Assembly: GCF_006345805.1 (NCBI RefSeq)
Contig: NC_042997.1
Span: 110,732,001-110,796,000, forward strand
Direction: 5' to 3'
From: Octopus sinensis
Taxonomy: Eukaryota
Length of the DNA stretch: 64,000 bases
The position numbers and the translations under genes are program-made. The notes under the pieces were generated by a model. It was given only the letters and a program-made list of their open reading frames with translations, ran no database searches and had not been told where the DNA came from. Position 1 is the first letter of the stretch; every line of letters begins with the position of its first letter. Shown piece after piece: positions 24,900-38,789 of this stretch.

Positions 24900-26392
24900 G
24901 TAAGAATTCCGTAAGAACAAAATAAAGAGGGGTTTAAAAAAAAGCCCCTGTCCATATTCCATGGCATTTCAAAAGCTAGTCTTTTGGTTCCATGTGTTCA
25001 AAGCTTTTTTTGAATAGTCATAGCTGATGCCAGTGCTGTCTGACTGGCACCTGTGCCAGTGGCACGTAAAAAGCACTGTTTGAGCATTGGGCCTCATGGA
25101 GGCACTGACAGGTGACCGAAACCTTTGGTAATATACCATGCTTGTGTAGACCTGACAAGCCAAGTGAGACCGTAATCAGGGCTGATGCTGGCGTTAGGTC
25201 ATTGGCACCTGTGCTGGTGGCATGTAAAACACACCCACTACATTCTGGGAGTGGTTGGCATTAGGAAGAGCATCCAGCCGTAGAAAACCATGCCAAATCA
25301 GATTGGAATCTGGTGCAGCCTCACTGGCTTACCAGTTTTCAGTCAAACTGCCCAACCCATGCCAGAATGGAAAGCAGACATTAAATGATGAGGATGAGAA
25401 TAATGAAAATAGAATCAGATTTCTTGATATAAAGAAAGTGGTAAACAGAACAGATATGGCATAGAATCTCCAAGACAGTAATGTCTAAATTTGTAAAAGA
25501 GTTTTTAAAAATCTGTTGGAATATTTTTATTTAAATTGTTAGGATTCACTTACAGTTTTTTTTTATTTTGGTTCTGTTTTGTTTTGTTTTAGTTATTTTA
25601 AAATTGTTTAATTAATTATAACCTCATTATCTTACGAAATATAATTTTTTCTTTATACTGTTATTTAAGTCTTTTTTGTTGATAGTTCTGCAAAATAGCA
25701 AAATACGTATAATTACTGAAGATTCAAAGAAAAACTTTCTAAGATCTTTTCGAAAATAGTCTCTAACCCATGTTTTAAAAGCAGGTGTAGCTAAGAAGTT
25801 TGCTTCCCAACCACATGGTTTTAAGATCATTCCCACAATGCAACAACTTGGTCATGAGTCTTCTACTTTGACCCTAACCTGACCAAAGCCTTGTGAAAGG
25901 ATTTCGTAAGTGGAAACTGAAAAGCTCATTGCATACATTTCTGTTTCACTTCCTTTTATATATTTATGTAAAAAGCAGCCAATACATTCTGTAAAATGGT
26001 TGGCATTGGAGCCTGGTGGCGCCCTCTAGCCTGTCTGCTCTTGTCAAACCATTCGACAGTCTAGGATTCGAACTCACTAACTCATGATTGTGAGCCCAAT
26101 GCTCGTACTGAGCCATTTTTTGAATGACATTACAGGATAGGTATGATAGGTCAGATCTGGTTGGCTTGAACCTAAGACAGGGAGAATATTTTGGCCAGGA
26201 ATGGTCAGTTTCAATGCTAAAGGGTTAAAGGAATATACTTTTCAAAATAACGTAATTAGCAAAGTTCTTTAATTACTTTATTGGTTCGGATATTTTTAAA
26301 TTTTAAGTTGCTCAAAAAATAAATTCCAACATAAACTTTTTTGTTTGTTTGCTTTATTTGTGCCTTTGTTGCTTATTTTTCTTTTTTAATAG

Positions 26393-26422
26393 GGAAAATC
26401 CCAGGCTGCTGAGGAAGTGAAA
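26393..26422 (+). CDS. VAT1L: Predicted 30-nt microexon GKSQAAEEVK
   Basis: Long U-rich tract with three TGC motifs, taatag|GGA...AAA|gtaagt, phase 0-0, no stop. Confidence 0.8.
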
Positions 26423-26572
26423 GTAAGTTTTTCTTGCTGCAATACATAGCGGGACACACCCACCCTTGCACACCCACCTACACACACACACACACTTATA
26501 TATGCATTGCATACATCAGTCATACATAAATACATTTATACATAGATATATGCATATACATGTGCATACAGA

Positions 26573-26792
26573 TGTGAGGGGCTGCTGAAAAGTTCCTGGT
26601 TTTAAGGGCATTGCAAAAGACCTGGTCGGAGGTGCAATCTTCTGAGTTCTTTTACAGGGCTTGGAAAAGCTGAATGATCGCTGCAATAAGTGTTTGTATC
26701 TGAGAGGGGAATATGTTGAATAAAATCATAATTAACAGATCCTCCTGTAATTTCTTTTACCCAAAGTTTGGAACTTTACAGCACCCCTCAAA
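26573..26792. mobile_element. mariner-type MITE
   Basis: TIRs tgagggggctgctgaaaagttcc / ggaactttacagcacccctca. Confidence 0.65.
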
Positions 26793-26945
26793 TATATATA
26801 TGCATGCATTTATATATATATATATTATAAAAAAAAGGGTTGAATGTGGGTTCGTCCTTTAATTGGAGTAGTTTCCAGATGATTTCTAATGTTGATTCTT
26901 CATACTTTGATTTTACTGGTGTAAAATGGCTGAGATATGAAAGGT

Positions 26946-27569
26946 TATATAAGTATGTTAAGTATATGATTTAAGTTACAACACAAAATTCAACAAATCC
27001 AATCATATTTTTCATAAATGGAGGAGATTAGATGTTAATATGGATTGAATTATTTTTTATTCAATTCACTAGACGATCGTTTCATACAGAAAGACAATAA
27101 ATTCATTTTAAGAATCTGAGTTGTCAAAGAGTACAATAAGACTAAATAAGAACTTTATAAAGAAAAAGGTAGACTTAAGAATTACATGGGTCTGGTGTTC
27201 TTGCTAATTTTTCATGTGCAATTGTTCTAGGAGTCATGTCTGTTTAAAACACGACTAAACAGACATGACTCCTAGAACAATTACACATGAAAAATTAGCA
27301 AGAACACCAGACCCATGTAATTCTTAAGTCTACCTTTTTCTTTATTAAGTTCTTATTTTTTCTTATTCTGCTACAGAGGGGTATTCTTTGACAACTCAGA
27401 TTCTTAAAATGAACTTATTGTCTTTCTATACAAAACGATCGTCTAGCGAATTGAATAAAAAATAATTCAATCCATTTTAACATCAAATCTCCTCCAGTTA
27501 CGAAAAATATGATTGAATTTGTTGAACTTTGTGTTATAAGTGAAATCATATACTTAACATACTTATATA
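26946..27569. repeat. Long foldback palindrome, ~300-bp arms, 9-nt loop (27247-27255)
   Basis: ...ctaggagtcatgtctgttta aaacacgac taaacagacatgactcctag...; complementarity continues to both ends with scattered mismatches and one indel. Confidence 0.92.
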
Positions 27570-29191
27570 TATACATAGTGGAGGCACGTGGCTTAGTGGT
27601 TAGGGTGTCATCATCATGATCGTAAGATTGTGGTTTCGATTCCTGGACCTGGCGATGCATTGTGTTCTTGAACAAAACACTTCATTTCAAGTTGCTCCAG
27701 TCCACTCAGCTGGCAAAAATGAGTAACACTGCGATGGACTGGGATCCCATCCAGCTTGGTAACGCTTACACCATGGAAACTGGGAAACCAGGGCCATGAG
27801 CCTTGCTAGGCTTTAAAAGGGCACATTTATTTATTTATTTATTATATATATATATGTGCCTGCATATGTATTTACACTTACATACCCACATACATATACA
27901 TGCAGACATACAGTTGCACATGCACATAAATGCAGATATACCATACATGCATACACACATGCACATGAGCATATGTGCATCTGCACTTGTGCATACATCT
28001 ACTCATATGTAGACACATACACACACGCATGTAATCAGCGGCTGCCCAAAGATGTCACAATGATACTATCATTCCAATGTGACCTGATGTTGCTAAAACA
28101 GTGTACAATGTCTTCTGCCCAATTTTTGCAGTTGTCACCTACTCTTCCCCAACCATCCTTAAACCCCTATTCATTATATTCACCTCTCACTCGCTCCTTT
28201 TTTCTAACCATCTCCTTTACACACTTCCAACCTCTACTCACCCACATTCCTCGTTCTCCCCCGTCCCTAATCACTTTTACTCGCTTTCAGTGTCCACCCT
28301 AGCACCTCATCACTACAATTTTTATCTCCCTTTCTGGCCCTCATCATTGTTACTTCCTCCTTCTCTTCTATATTGAGAGGAGCCATGGAGCTCCTCCACA
28401 GCAACAAACCTGTTCAGTTCTGACCCCTTCTCTCATACTTTAACTCTCATTCCACAGCATAAAGCTACCTCTCTCCCTACTGTAGCCTTACTCAAAAGGG
28501 GTCTTAGTCTTGTGGGTTACTTGGCAACCTCAGTAATGTTAATGCCATGTAAAAAAAGAAAAAGCACTCGGCCCTTACTCTAAAGTGGTTGGTATTAGGA
28601 AGAGCATCCAGTCATAAAAAAAAACATGCCAAAGCAGACTTGAGAGAACAATGTAGTCCTTGAATCTGTCGGATTCTGTCAAACTGTTTCACTCATTCCA
28701 GCATGGAATATTATCATCATAATCGTCATTTTAACTTCCATTTTTCTATGCTTGCATGGGTCGGACAGAATTTGTTGAAGCAGTTTTTCTGCTGCAGCTG
28801 CTGGATGCCTTTCCTGTCACCAACTCTCGCCTGTTTCCAAGTCATACTCTCCATGACCTGACATTGACACCAGACATTCCATGACGATTCCTGGCTTTCG
28901 GTTTACAATTCCTCAAGTGTTCTTTTATTCTTTTACTTGTTTCAGTCATTTGACTTTGGCCATGCTGGAGCACTGTCTTTAGTTGAACAAATCGACCCCA
29001 AGACTTATTCTTTGTAAGCCTATTACTTATTCTATCAGTCCCTTTTGCTGAACCACTAAGTTATGGGGATGTAAACATACACACACACACACACACACAC
29101 ACACGTGTGTGTATATATGTATATATATGTGTGTGTATATATGTATATATATATGTGTGTGTATATATGTATATATATATGTATGTGTGTA

Positions 29192-29230
<39 letters not shown>

Positions 29231-30669
29231 TATATGACGAGCTTCTTTCAGTTTCCATCTACCAAATCCACTCACAAAGCTTTGATTGGCCCAATAGAAG
29301 ACAATTGCCCAACATGCCACACAGTGGGACTGAACCTGGGACCATGTGGTTGGGAACGGCCAAAATAAAATTTGATAAAACTATTCAATCTATCTTACAA
29401 TGTTCTTGAATTCCCTTTTTGTTTCAGTCATTGGACTGTGGCCACGCTGGGGCAGCACCTTGAAGAGTTTGGGCAGCCAAGTCTACTCATTTTAAGTCTG
29501 GAATTTGTTTTATCAGACCCTTTGCCAAACTGCTCAGTTATAGGGGCTGTAAACAAACCAACACCAGTTATCAAGTAGTGGTAGGACAGATTCATGTACA
29601 TAGATACACGCACAAGAGGCTTCCACACAGTTTCCATCTACCTGATTTACTCCAGAAGGAGTCTGGCCATAACCATGGTATAATGAGTTGGAGGTATGCT
29701 TGTCTACGAAGTATAAAATCTGTCGAGGGTCGACTATCTTTTATTTGTTTCAATCACTAAACTGTGGCCATGCTGGGGCATCACCTTGAAGAATTCTTAG
29801 TCAAATGATTCAACACCAGTACATATTCTATCAGTGTCTTTTGCTGAACCACTAAGCAGTGGTAGGGAACACACGTCACACAATGGGCTTCTTCCAGTTT
29901 CCATCTACCAAATCCACTCACAAAGCTTTGGTTGGCCCATGGTTATAGTAGAATACCCTTGCCCAAGGTGCCACACAATGGGACTGAACCTGGGACCATG
30001 TGGTTGGAAAGCAAGCTTCTTACCACACAGCCACACTTGTGCCTAGAGAATATTTGACTGAGATTTTAAATTCTATGACCATGGACTTACTTTTCTTTCT
30101 CCCTAAATCAATACGTAAACAATCAATATCACTCAAACCAATCAACTTCATATTTGTTGCTCTCCTTTAACAAAAGACTTCTCTCTCTCTCTCTCTCTCT
30201 CTCCCTCCCTCTCTCTCTCCCTCCCTCTCTCTCTTTATCGTTTTAATCCTTTACAAATATAAGTTGGTTTTTCTTTTGTCTCAAGATGGTTTTCTTCAAT
30301 CCCAAGTGACCTTATATCAACATGGACTCCATCAGCACCTGCTCTAACACACAACCATCAGATCTTCTCATCACCAACCTTCCCTAACGCTTCTTTTCTC
30401 TCTAAACCTAATCTCTCTCTCCACAGCCAATCCTTAAGAAATAAATTCCTAACAGATGGCATTTCTCTGTTTATTCCTCTATTAGTATTCATTTATTAGT
30501 ATTCTTTTATGCATTTCAACCCAAAGGCTGTGGCCATGCTGGGACATCACCAGTGTTATCACCTCCTTTTCATGGCAATTCTTATGTGGGTTGTCTTTTG
30601 GTGAAAGAAGTTCAACATTGCTGCCCTCTTTTGAGTTTCTTTATTGGGGACATTGGACAGCAAGGGGTG

Positions 30670-30815
30670 ACCCCAATTCCATGTAGATCTTTCAGATGTT
30701 TTGGCAAGGTATTAAATAGCCATGGTCCCTTGAATCCCAAGCTATTGCAGTACATGGTCTTCACTCTAGATAGGATAACTGGGACCTTCAGAACAGTAAC
30801 ATCCACTTTAGGGGT
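30670..30815 (-). mobile_element. Short LINE (CR1/L2-like) ORF2 C-terminal fragment
   Basis: KVPVILSRVKTMYCNSLGFKGPWLFNTLPKHLKDL resembles the NS..RG..L(W/F)N.LP motif. Confidence 0.55.
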
Positions 30816-33800
30816 TGGTATAACTCTAAAAAAAACAAAAAAAGGCGGCAAGCTGGCAGAAATGTTAGCATGCCAGGTGAAATGCTTGGCAGTATTTCGT
30901 TTGTCTTTACGTTCCGAGTTCAAATTCAGCTGAGGTCAACTTTGCCTTTCATTCTTTTGGGGTTCATAAATTATCAGTTGCATACTGGGGTCGATCTAAT
31001 CGACTGTCCCTTTCCTAAAGGTTTTGGGCCTTGTGCCTAGTGTAGAAAAGAATATTTTTTAATCAATGAGCTAACAGCACAACCAGGGCCGGCCCTAGAG
31101 TTGCTGGTGCCTAGGGCAAACTGGACTTCGGTGCTCTAACAAGAATAATTTTTGTTAAATTTGTAGGAGTGGCTGTGTGGTAAGTAGCTTGCTTATGAAC
31201 CACATGTGGCACCTTGGGCAAGTGTCTTCTATTATAGCCTCGGGCTGACCAAAGCCTTGTGAGTGGATTTGGTAGACAGAAACTGAAAGAAGCCCGTTGT
31301 ATATCTGTATATGTATGTATGTGTGTGCATATGTTTGTGTGTCTGTGTTTGTCCTCCCAACATCGCTTGACAACCGATGTTGGAGTGTTTACGTCCCTGT
31401 AACTTAGTGGTTTGGCAAAAGAGACCGATAGAATAAGTACTAGGCTTACAAAGAATAAGTTCTTGGGTCGACTTGCTTGACGAAAGGCAGTGCTCCAGCA
31501 TAGCCACATTCAAATGACCGAAACAAGTAAAAGAGTAAGGAGAAAACTGAAAATATAGACTATAAAGCAGGTGGTGCCAGATACATGGTACCCAAGTTGC
31601 CGGTACCTTGAGCTGGCCTTGATCACAGCAACATCCCAGTTCAGAGAGAATAAATATATTGGAAATTGGTTTTAAAACTACTAAGAATTACTAAGATGAA
31701 TGGTTTTGTTTTATGTCTTTACAAAAGTAAGGAGGAGTAATTTCTAAATTTACGTATTTCCTCCTACTTCACATCATCTCCTTGTTTCTTATCCTTCAGT
31801 CAGTAGACTGTGGCCATGCTAGAGCACTGCCTTGAAGAATTTTAGTCAAATGGATGGACTCTAGTGCTTATATATATATATATATATATATATTTTAAAG
31901 CCTGGTTCTTATTCTATCAGTCACTTTTGCTGAACTGTAAGTTACAGGGACTTAAATACACACACACACACACACACACACACAATGAGCCTTTTTCAGT
32001 TTCTGTCTACCAAATCCACTCAAAAGGTTTTGGTAAGCTTGAGGATATAATAAAAGACACTTCCCCAAGGTGCCATACAGTGGGACTGAACCCAAAACCA
32101 TGTGGTTGGGAAGCAAACTTCTTACCACACAGCCATGTCTATGCCTATGGCTGCTCTCCACCCCCACCACCTCTAACCTTCTCTCAAACACTCCACTGAC
32201 CATCTCTCCACCAATGTCCACCATTCACTTTCTGCCCCTATAATCTAACAGGCCATCACTCTCCTTTCACACTCCTGCAAACCCACCCACCCAGCCATCC
32301 TCATTTCTTTGTCCTTCTTTTTCTCCAGCTTGTTGTGCCTCTCGGTGGACCCTGACACTTTATCTCTAACATTCTTTTTTCTCATTCTTGAACGGTTCCT
32401 CTTCCCCTGTCAGATTTTAATCCCTTACCATTCAGATTAGTTTATCAAATGTAATACTCATTCCTATTGTCTTGAATTAATCCTGCGTTATCTTGTAGCT
32501 TTGAGATTTTGATGATGAGGATTATCATCATCATCGTTTAACGTTCTCCTTCCATGCTGGCATAGGTGGGACGGTTTGACAAGAACTGGCCAGGCAGAAG
32601 CCTGCACCAGACTTCTGTGACTGCTTTGGTAGGATTTTTACAGCTGGGTGCTCTTTCTAACAGCAACCACTCAGCAGAGTGGACTTAGTGCTTTTTATGC
32701 AACACTAGCACAGGTGAGGTCAGTTTTGGCAAGGTTTTTATAGCTGGATGCCCTTCCTAACACCAACCACTTCATAGTGTGGACTGGGTGCTTTTAAGTG
32801 GCACCTGCACTACAGGGTCACCAAGTATATTGCAAGACCAAAAAACTCTTTTGAGAGGGGAAGGGGCATTGGAGGAAGTGGTCTTGTGTCGAATGATGAA
32901 AGGTTTTAGTGAGACAGAGAGACAGAAACATGTGTTTTGCTGTAGAGGAGGTACAAGGTTACCTAGCCAGAGAGAGAGAGAGATCGGGAATGAAGACAGA
33001 AACAAATGTGCTGCTGCAAAGGAAATACATGGTTATCCAACCTGAGGGAAGTGCAGGAGAAGGAGAGTGGGAGACGGTAGGATAAAGATGATGGCAAAGT
33101 ACCAGGCATATGCAGTGATACAGTGAGACAGGGTGTGAGTGGAAGCTAGTGGATAGCAATGATACAGTGGCACAGGGCCAAGAGGACAGGATTGGGGAGT
33201 GGGAGGTAAGCATAGTGCATGAAGTGGAAATGTGGGCAAGAGATGTGAGACATTTTCTTAATTCTGGGTGGGACACACAGCGGTTCTAGAACTCAGTTTC
33301 ACTGACATGGGTGGGTAATAGTATATTTTTAGAATGACATTGTAGGGTAGGTAGGAGAGGCCAGATCTGGCCACATTGAACATAAAACAGGTAGGATATT
33401 TGGCTCATCATTTGGCTCAAAGCCACATCTTTCAAAGCTACTCTCAGCTGAGGGAGGTCTTGCCTTGCAAGTGACTTGGTGACCCCACCAGTGCTGGTGC
33501 CACATAAAAAGCACCCAGTCCACACTCTGTAAAGTGGTCAGTGTAAGGAAGGGAATCCAGCTATAGAAACTAAGCCAAAGGAGGTACTGGAGCTCAACAC
33601 AGTTCTCTGGTTTGTTCGATTCTGTCCAACCCATGCCAGTATGGAGAACAAGAACATTGAATAAGGATAATTAAACTTCCTGCAATGAACTCCAAGAGTG
33701 ATTAAAATATATTTGAAAGAATGATTTCTGTGTCATTTCAAAAAGAAAAATTTAATGGAGGTTTGTTAATGGAGTTGATTACGGTCATGCTGATATGAAT

Positions 33801-34475
33801 GCCGTGGACTCCCGGCCAGTTTGAGTCATCAGGATTAATTAGTGGAGGACAGTGTCGTTAGAGAACACTGAACAAAATACCTTGTGATATTTGGTTAAGT
33901 ACCTTTAAGTTCTTGGTTCAAATCCAGCCCCAGTCCCACTTTGCCTTTCTGCCAGTCAATAAGTTCTGAGGTGGATACAATGAATATAGTACCCTTGGAC
34001 ATAGTACCTTAGAACATAGTACCGTCAGAATGTAGTACCCCATCCTGACCACAGTGTTCTCTATACCATGCATGCACTTTTGGTTATCCTTACTGTCTTC
34101 CTTTCACCCACCTTACTGCTGCTTTCTGTCCCCTTCTTTTACCCTTTTCTGGCTAGTTGTAGTGTACCCAAGTACTATAAAGAATAAACTTGTTGTTGTT
34201 GTTATTATGTGGTGAAATCTCACAGCTTATACTGCTGGGCACGATGGAAAGTGTTAGCTGTCCACAGCCAGCAGACGAGGGTGACACTTGTTTACTGGTC
34301 ATGCTTCAAGAACTCTGTGAAGAATTCTTCTAGTTCCAAGTAATGCTGATTTTTGTAGGTGTTCTCTCTTCACGCTTGCACCAATCTTTTTCAGCCATGT
34401 TGGTAGTTGATTGCTGATACTTCAAAGTGCACCAATTACTATTGGTATCATGTCTACTCTCCTCATTGACATATA

Positions 34476-34507
<32 letters not shown>

Positions 34508-34809
34508 GGTGTTAAGCTGGCAAAATCGTTACCATTCCAGATAAAATACTTCGCCGCTTTTTGTCTTTCTTCATGTTCTAAGTTCACATTCTGCCATGGT
34601 GGACTTTACCATTTCTCCTTTTATAAGAATATTGATAATTTAATATTTTATTAGGTGTAAAGTTTGTAAACTTTGTCTATTGTAATTCTTGATGTTTTTC
34701 TAGAATTAAATTCCATCAAATTGTCTTTAAGGTGTGTTATAGTATCAAATTCCATTTGTATTTTTGGGTATGTTGCTTCTCATAACAATGAGTTTTATTT
34801 TTGTTCCAG

Positions 34810-34839
34810 GCCCCATCTGAGACCAGTGCCACAACAGTG
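34810..34839 (+). CDS. VAT1L: Predicted 30-nt microexon APSETSATTV
   Basis: ttttattttgttccag|GCC...GTG|gtaagt, phase 0-0. Confidence 0.75.
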
Positions 34840-35872
34840 GTAAGTTCGGAAGAAAAATACAAAACAGTGGTTTTTAATAATGGAATCAATAATGAAGAGA
34901 TATACAAATGAACCCTTTTGTTACCATATTTCTATTGGAATACACTGTCTTTTTTTTTCCATTTAATTTTGAAAATAACTAAGAACTTAGTAAAATAACT
35001 TTGTTGTTATTAAGCTGGCGCTTAGAATGTAAACAGGAAATTTTGATGGGTTTTAATTTAAATCATTTTAAAATAAGGAATTTATATCACAGAACTAAGG
35101 GTAGTTTCAGGCTGGTTCTTTGTAGCATCAGACGTTCTGCTTGAGAGTTCTATCTCTCAGCTTTTATAACATTTATTTAAAACTTCTAGAACCTTTTGCA
35201 GGAAAATTCACAAAACTTACATTCAAGTCTGTTGTTATTTGGTTACACTATAGCTGCTCTAATTGATAGAACCATGTTCTCATAGGGATTAATTCCTTTT
35301 CTGGTGACCACAGTTAAAATTTTATAGCTGCCCTTTTCATTTTGTTGCAATATAGAATGGGCTGCAATCCTAAACTGAGGAGTCTAAATGAGATAATTTA
35401 AAACTCGGCAGAATCGTTAGCAGGTTGGGCAAAATGTTTACCAGCATTTCATCCATATTTACATTCTGAGATCAAATTCTGCCAAGGTGGACTTTGTATC
35501 CTTTTGGTGTTGATAAAATAAGTACCAGTCATGTACTGGGGGTTGATGTAATCAACTTACTGCCTCCTTTGAAATTGCTGGCCTTGTGCCAAAATTTGAA
35601 ACCTATATTTTAACATGGTTGTCTCACATATATTAATTAATATTTTACAATGATTGTCTTACACTTACTAATTAGATGTTTATAATTAAAATCCCATAAC
35701 TAACCAAAGAAGATTCTTTATATAACAACTTTATTCAGATTCTAAATAACTAAATTCAGTTCCAACAGAAATTTTCTAATTTTCAATTAAAAACATTTTC
35801 ATTTTTCACCAATTTTCAAATTAAAATTTTAAAATGTTTCATCTTTTTTTTTATATATTTAATTATTTACAG

Positions 35873-35902
35873 GCCAAGAGTGAAGAAGACACTGGTGCTG
35901 AG
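35873..35902 (+). CDS. VAT1L: Predicted 30-nt microexon AKSEEDTGAE
   Basis: ttatttacag|GCC...GAG|gtaaga, phase 0-0, GAAGAA enhancer-like content. Confidence 0.8.
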
Positions 35903-36221
35903 GTAAGAAAACTTTTCTCCAAACTTCAAAAACATAAGATCTAATCTATCATTACTTTAGCATTGTTGATGCTGGAATGTGATAATCCATGTGAAAACTG
36001 TAGCATAATGCTCCATGGAGCAGCTGCAGCATAAGGCTTCCATGTGAAGACTGCAATATAACACTCCATGTGAATTGTTTCTCTGTTCCTTTTTGTAACA
36101 ACCCACTTTTTCTAGATCTCCTTATATTCTTCGGTTTTCCTTCACTTACTGCAAGTACCATTAACTAACCAAAGGTGGGCACCGTTAATCAAAGTTAATT
36201 TCGTTAACTGTTAATAATGAT

Positions 36222-36603
36222 ATATAATAATAATGAAATTATTGTATACAGTGCTCAGGTGCACCACAACTTGTCAAAAAGTGCATATAAAGCATATTGC
36301 AGTAATGTACAAATGTCTGGGAAGTGAACAGTGTATGAGTCGGATATATGCTTGCGTGTGTATGGAGGGGAGAAAATCAGGTGTAGTGTTGGCGAATTTC
36401 AGGAAACATGGAAGTTTTGAAGGATGCAGTGCTCCGACAACTAACAACTGATGCCGGCAGTTTGTTCCATGCTTCAGCAACTCTAAGCATGAAAAAATGT
36501 TTCCGAAAGTCATGGGAGCTGTGCTGTTTTCTGACTTTGTAAACATGTCCACGGGTGTTAAACAGATGGAGTTTGAAAAGGTGCGCAGAGTTATTGTTGA
36601 TCC
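36222..36603 (-). mobile_element. CR1-like LINE 3' end, apparently nested in a TIR element (~36170-36885)
   Basis: Minus strand NTRGHVYKVRKQHSSHDFRKHFF..RVAEAWNKLPASVV (one frameshift); flanks ggtgggcaccgttaatc / gattaatggtttggtgcccagg. Confidence 0.75.
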
Positions 36604-37613
36604 ATTAACCAAGAAATTAACTTTGATAACTGTTACTCAGTTAATTCTTTAAAAGTGTAATAGAAGTTATCGATAAACCATTAGCATTAATTTTTATTAT
36701 AGAAAAATGCAATCTGTTTTTGCTCTAAAACTACCTTTAAAAAGTGCCAAAACTATAAAATCTGTTATGGAAGTTGACTTAACGGCAGTTAATTAGTCCA
36801 ATAATGATTTTCATAGTTAACTTAAAAGTTAAATTGTTAACAAAAATGTTAATTTTGTTGATTAATGGTTTGGTGCCCAGGTTTGTCACTAACAATTTCC
36901 ATTATATACAACATAAAATCATTTGACCATAACAAAGAAGGCATCTCTCCTGGACCCAGTGTCATTAATGTTCAGCCCCAATGTCATTGGCATCCCACCC
37001 AATGTCCATTAATGCTCATCCACTCATTAGAAAATTCTGTTTAGACAATTTTTCAATAAATGTTCTTCTCTAGGTTTCATTAAAATTAGAAACCAACAGG
37101 GGCAGCTGTACTTTAAGGGTTAAGCAGTTAGAATATAAGAAAAGGGGCCCAGAGCAGACCATGTTCCTTGCTGTTAAGGAGCTACCTACATGGTTACCTA
37201 CATTTTACAAGAGGATGGAGGTGACCAGGACAGAGTTGGGAAGAGATGAAAATAGTGGGGAAGAGGTATCAGGGTGGACCCGTAAGTTATGAGGGGAGTA
37301 GAGGAAAGGAGAATAAAGTGTGGGATGATAGAGGCTGGGGGAGTCAGGTATAGTTAGGGATCAAGAATGGGTGAGGAGTGTGATGCGGTTTCAAGTTTTG
37401 ACACAAGGCTAGCAATTTCAAGGGAAGGATTGAGGCAATGACATCAACCCCAGTACGTAACCAGTACTTATTTTATCAACCTCGAAAGGATGATAGGTAA
37501 AGTCGACCTCGGTGGAATTTGAACTCAGAACCTAAAGACTGGCTGAACTGAAAAATGCTGCTAAGCATTTTGCCTCATGTGCTAACAATTCTGCCAGCTT
37601 GCCACCTTAGGAA

Positions 37614-38330
37614 TCATCATCATCATCGTTTAACATCCGCTTTCCATGCTGGCATGGGTTGGACGGTTTGACTGAGGACTGGTGAGCCAGAAGGCTGCAA
37701 CAGGCTCCAATCTGATCTGGCAGAGTTTCTACAGCTGGATGCCCTTCCTAACACCAACCACTCCGAGAGTGTAGTGAGTGTTTTTTACATGCCACCGGCA
37801 CGGGAGCCAGTCTGGCAGCACTGGCAATGACCACGCTCAAATAGCGCGTTTAACATTCCACTGGCACAGGTGCCAATCAGGCGGTACTCTCATCGGCCAC
37901 GACAGTGATTTCACTTGCCTCAACAGGTTTCCACAAGCATAGTTTATTGTCCAATGCTTGAAGGGTACTCTTAAATGGGGTGGTTATACAGCACTGGCAT
38001 AGGCCATGGTTATGGTCTCCTTTGGCTTGCTGGGTTTTCTCAAGCACAGCATATTTCCAAAGGTCTCCATCACTTGTCATTACCTTGGTGAGGCCCAATG
38101 TTTGAAGGTTGTGCTTCACCACCTCATCCCAGGTCTTCCTGGGTCCACCTCTTTCACAGGTTCCCTCAACTGCTAGAGTGTGACACCTTTTCACACAGCT
38201 GTCCTCATCCATACACAACACATGACCATACCATCGCAGTCGTCTCTCTTGCACACCACATCTGATGCTTCTTATCCCCAACTTTTCTCTCAGGGTGCTT
38301 TCACTCTGTCATGTCTCCACACTGACAGAA
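37614..38330 (-). mobile_element. RTE LINE 3' end with 3' UTR and (GAT)n tail; many 150-300-bp truncated tails elsewhere (e.g. 5230-5550, 6290-6540, 11290-11575, 21835-22086, 56250-56708)
   Basis: ORF 37877-38281 ERRLRWYGHVLCMDEDSCVKRCHTLAVEGTCERGGPRKTWDEVV followed by ...ccaacccatgccagcatggaaagcggatgttaaacgatgatgat. Confidence 0.85.
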
Positions 38331-38716
38331 TGACAAATAAATTCTTTTCTACTCTAGGCACAAGGTCCAAAAGTTTTGGAGAGAGGGCCAGTTGATTAGA
38401 TCATCCCCAGTACGCAACTGGTACTTAATTTATCAACTCCAAAACGATGAAAGGCAAAGTCAACCTCGGCGGAATTTGAAAGAATGATAAATATATGTTG
38501 AAGGGGAAGTTGGAAAGAGTAGGTGATGACTGTAGAGACTGGGGTAGAAAGGGAGTGAGGGGGTGATCAATGTTACATAGGGGTTGCAGAGGAGAGTAGG
38601 GGATGGCTGACTGTGAAGGAAGGTGGAATAGTGATAATGAGATACGGGAGGTGGGGAACAGACATCTCTCTCTCTCTATGTATATTGATAGGTGCCACTT
38701 GTCTCTGTATTTCTAG

Positions 38717-38740
38717 CCACCCGATACTGGTTCCGATGAA
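38717..38740 (+). CDS. VAT1L: Predicted 24-nt microexon PPDTGSDE
   Basis: tctctgtatttctag|CCA...GAA|gtaagt, phase 0-0, acidic like neighbouring modules. Confidence 0.65.
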
Positions 38741-38789
38741 GTAAGTTCTTTTTCCTTTTCACTTTTGATTTTTTTCTTTTGTTTTGCTT

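Noticed and set aside
31700-31745. Additional microexon candidate (tttacaaaag|taaggagga|gtaatt)
   Set aside because: Begins with TAA in phase 0 and has weak splice sites
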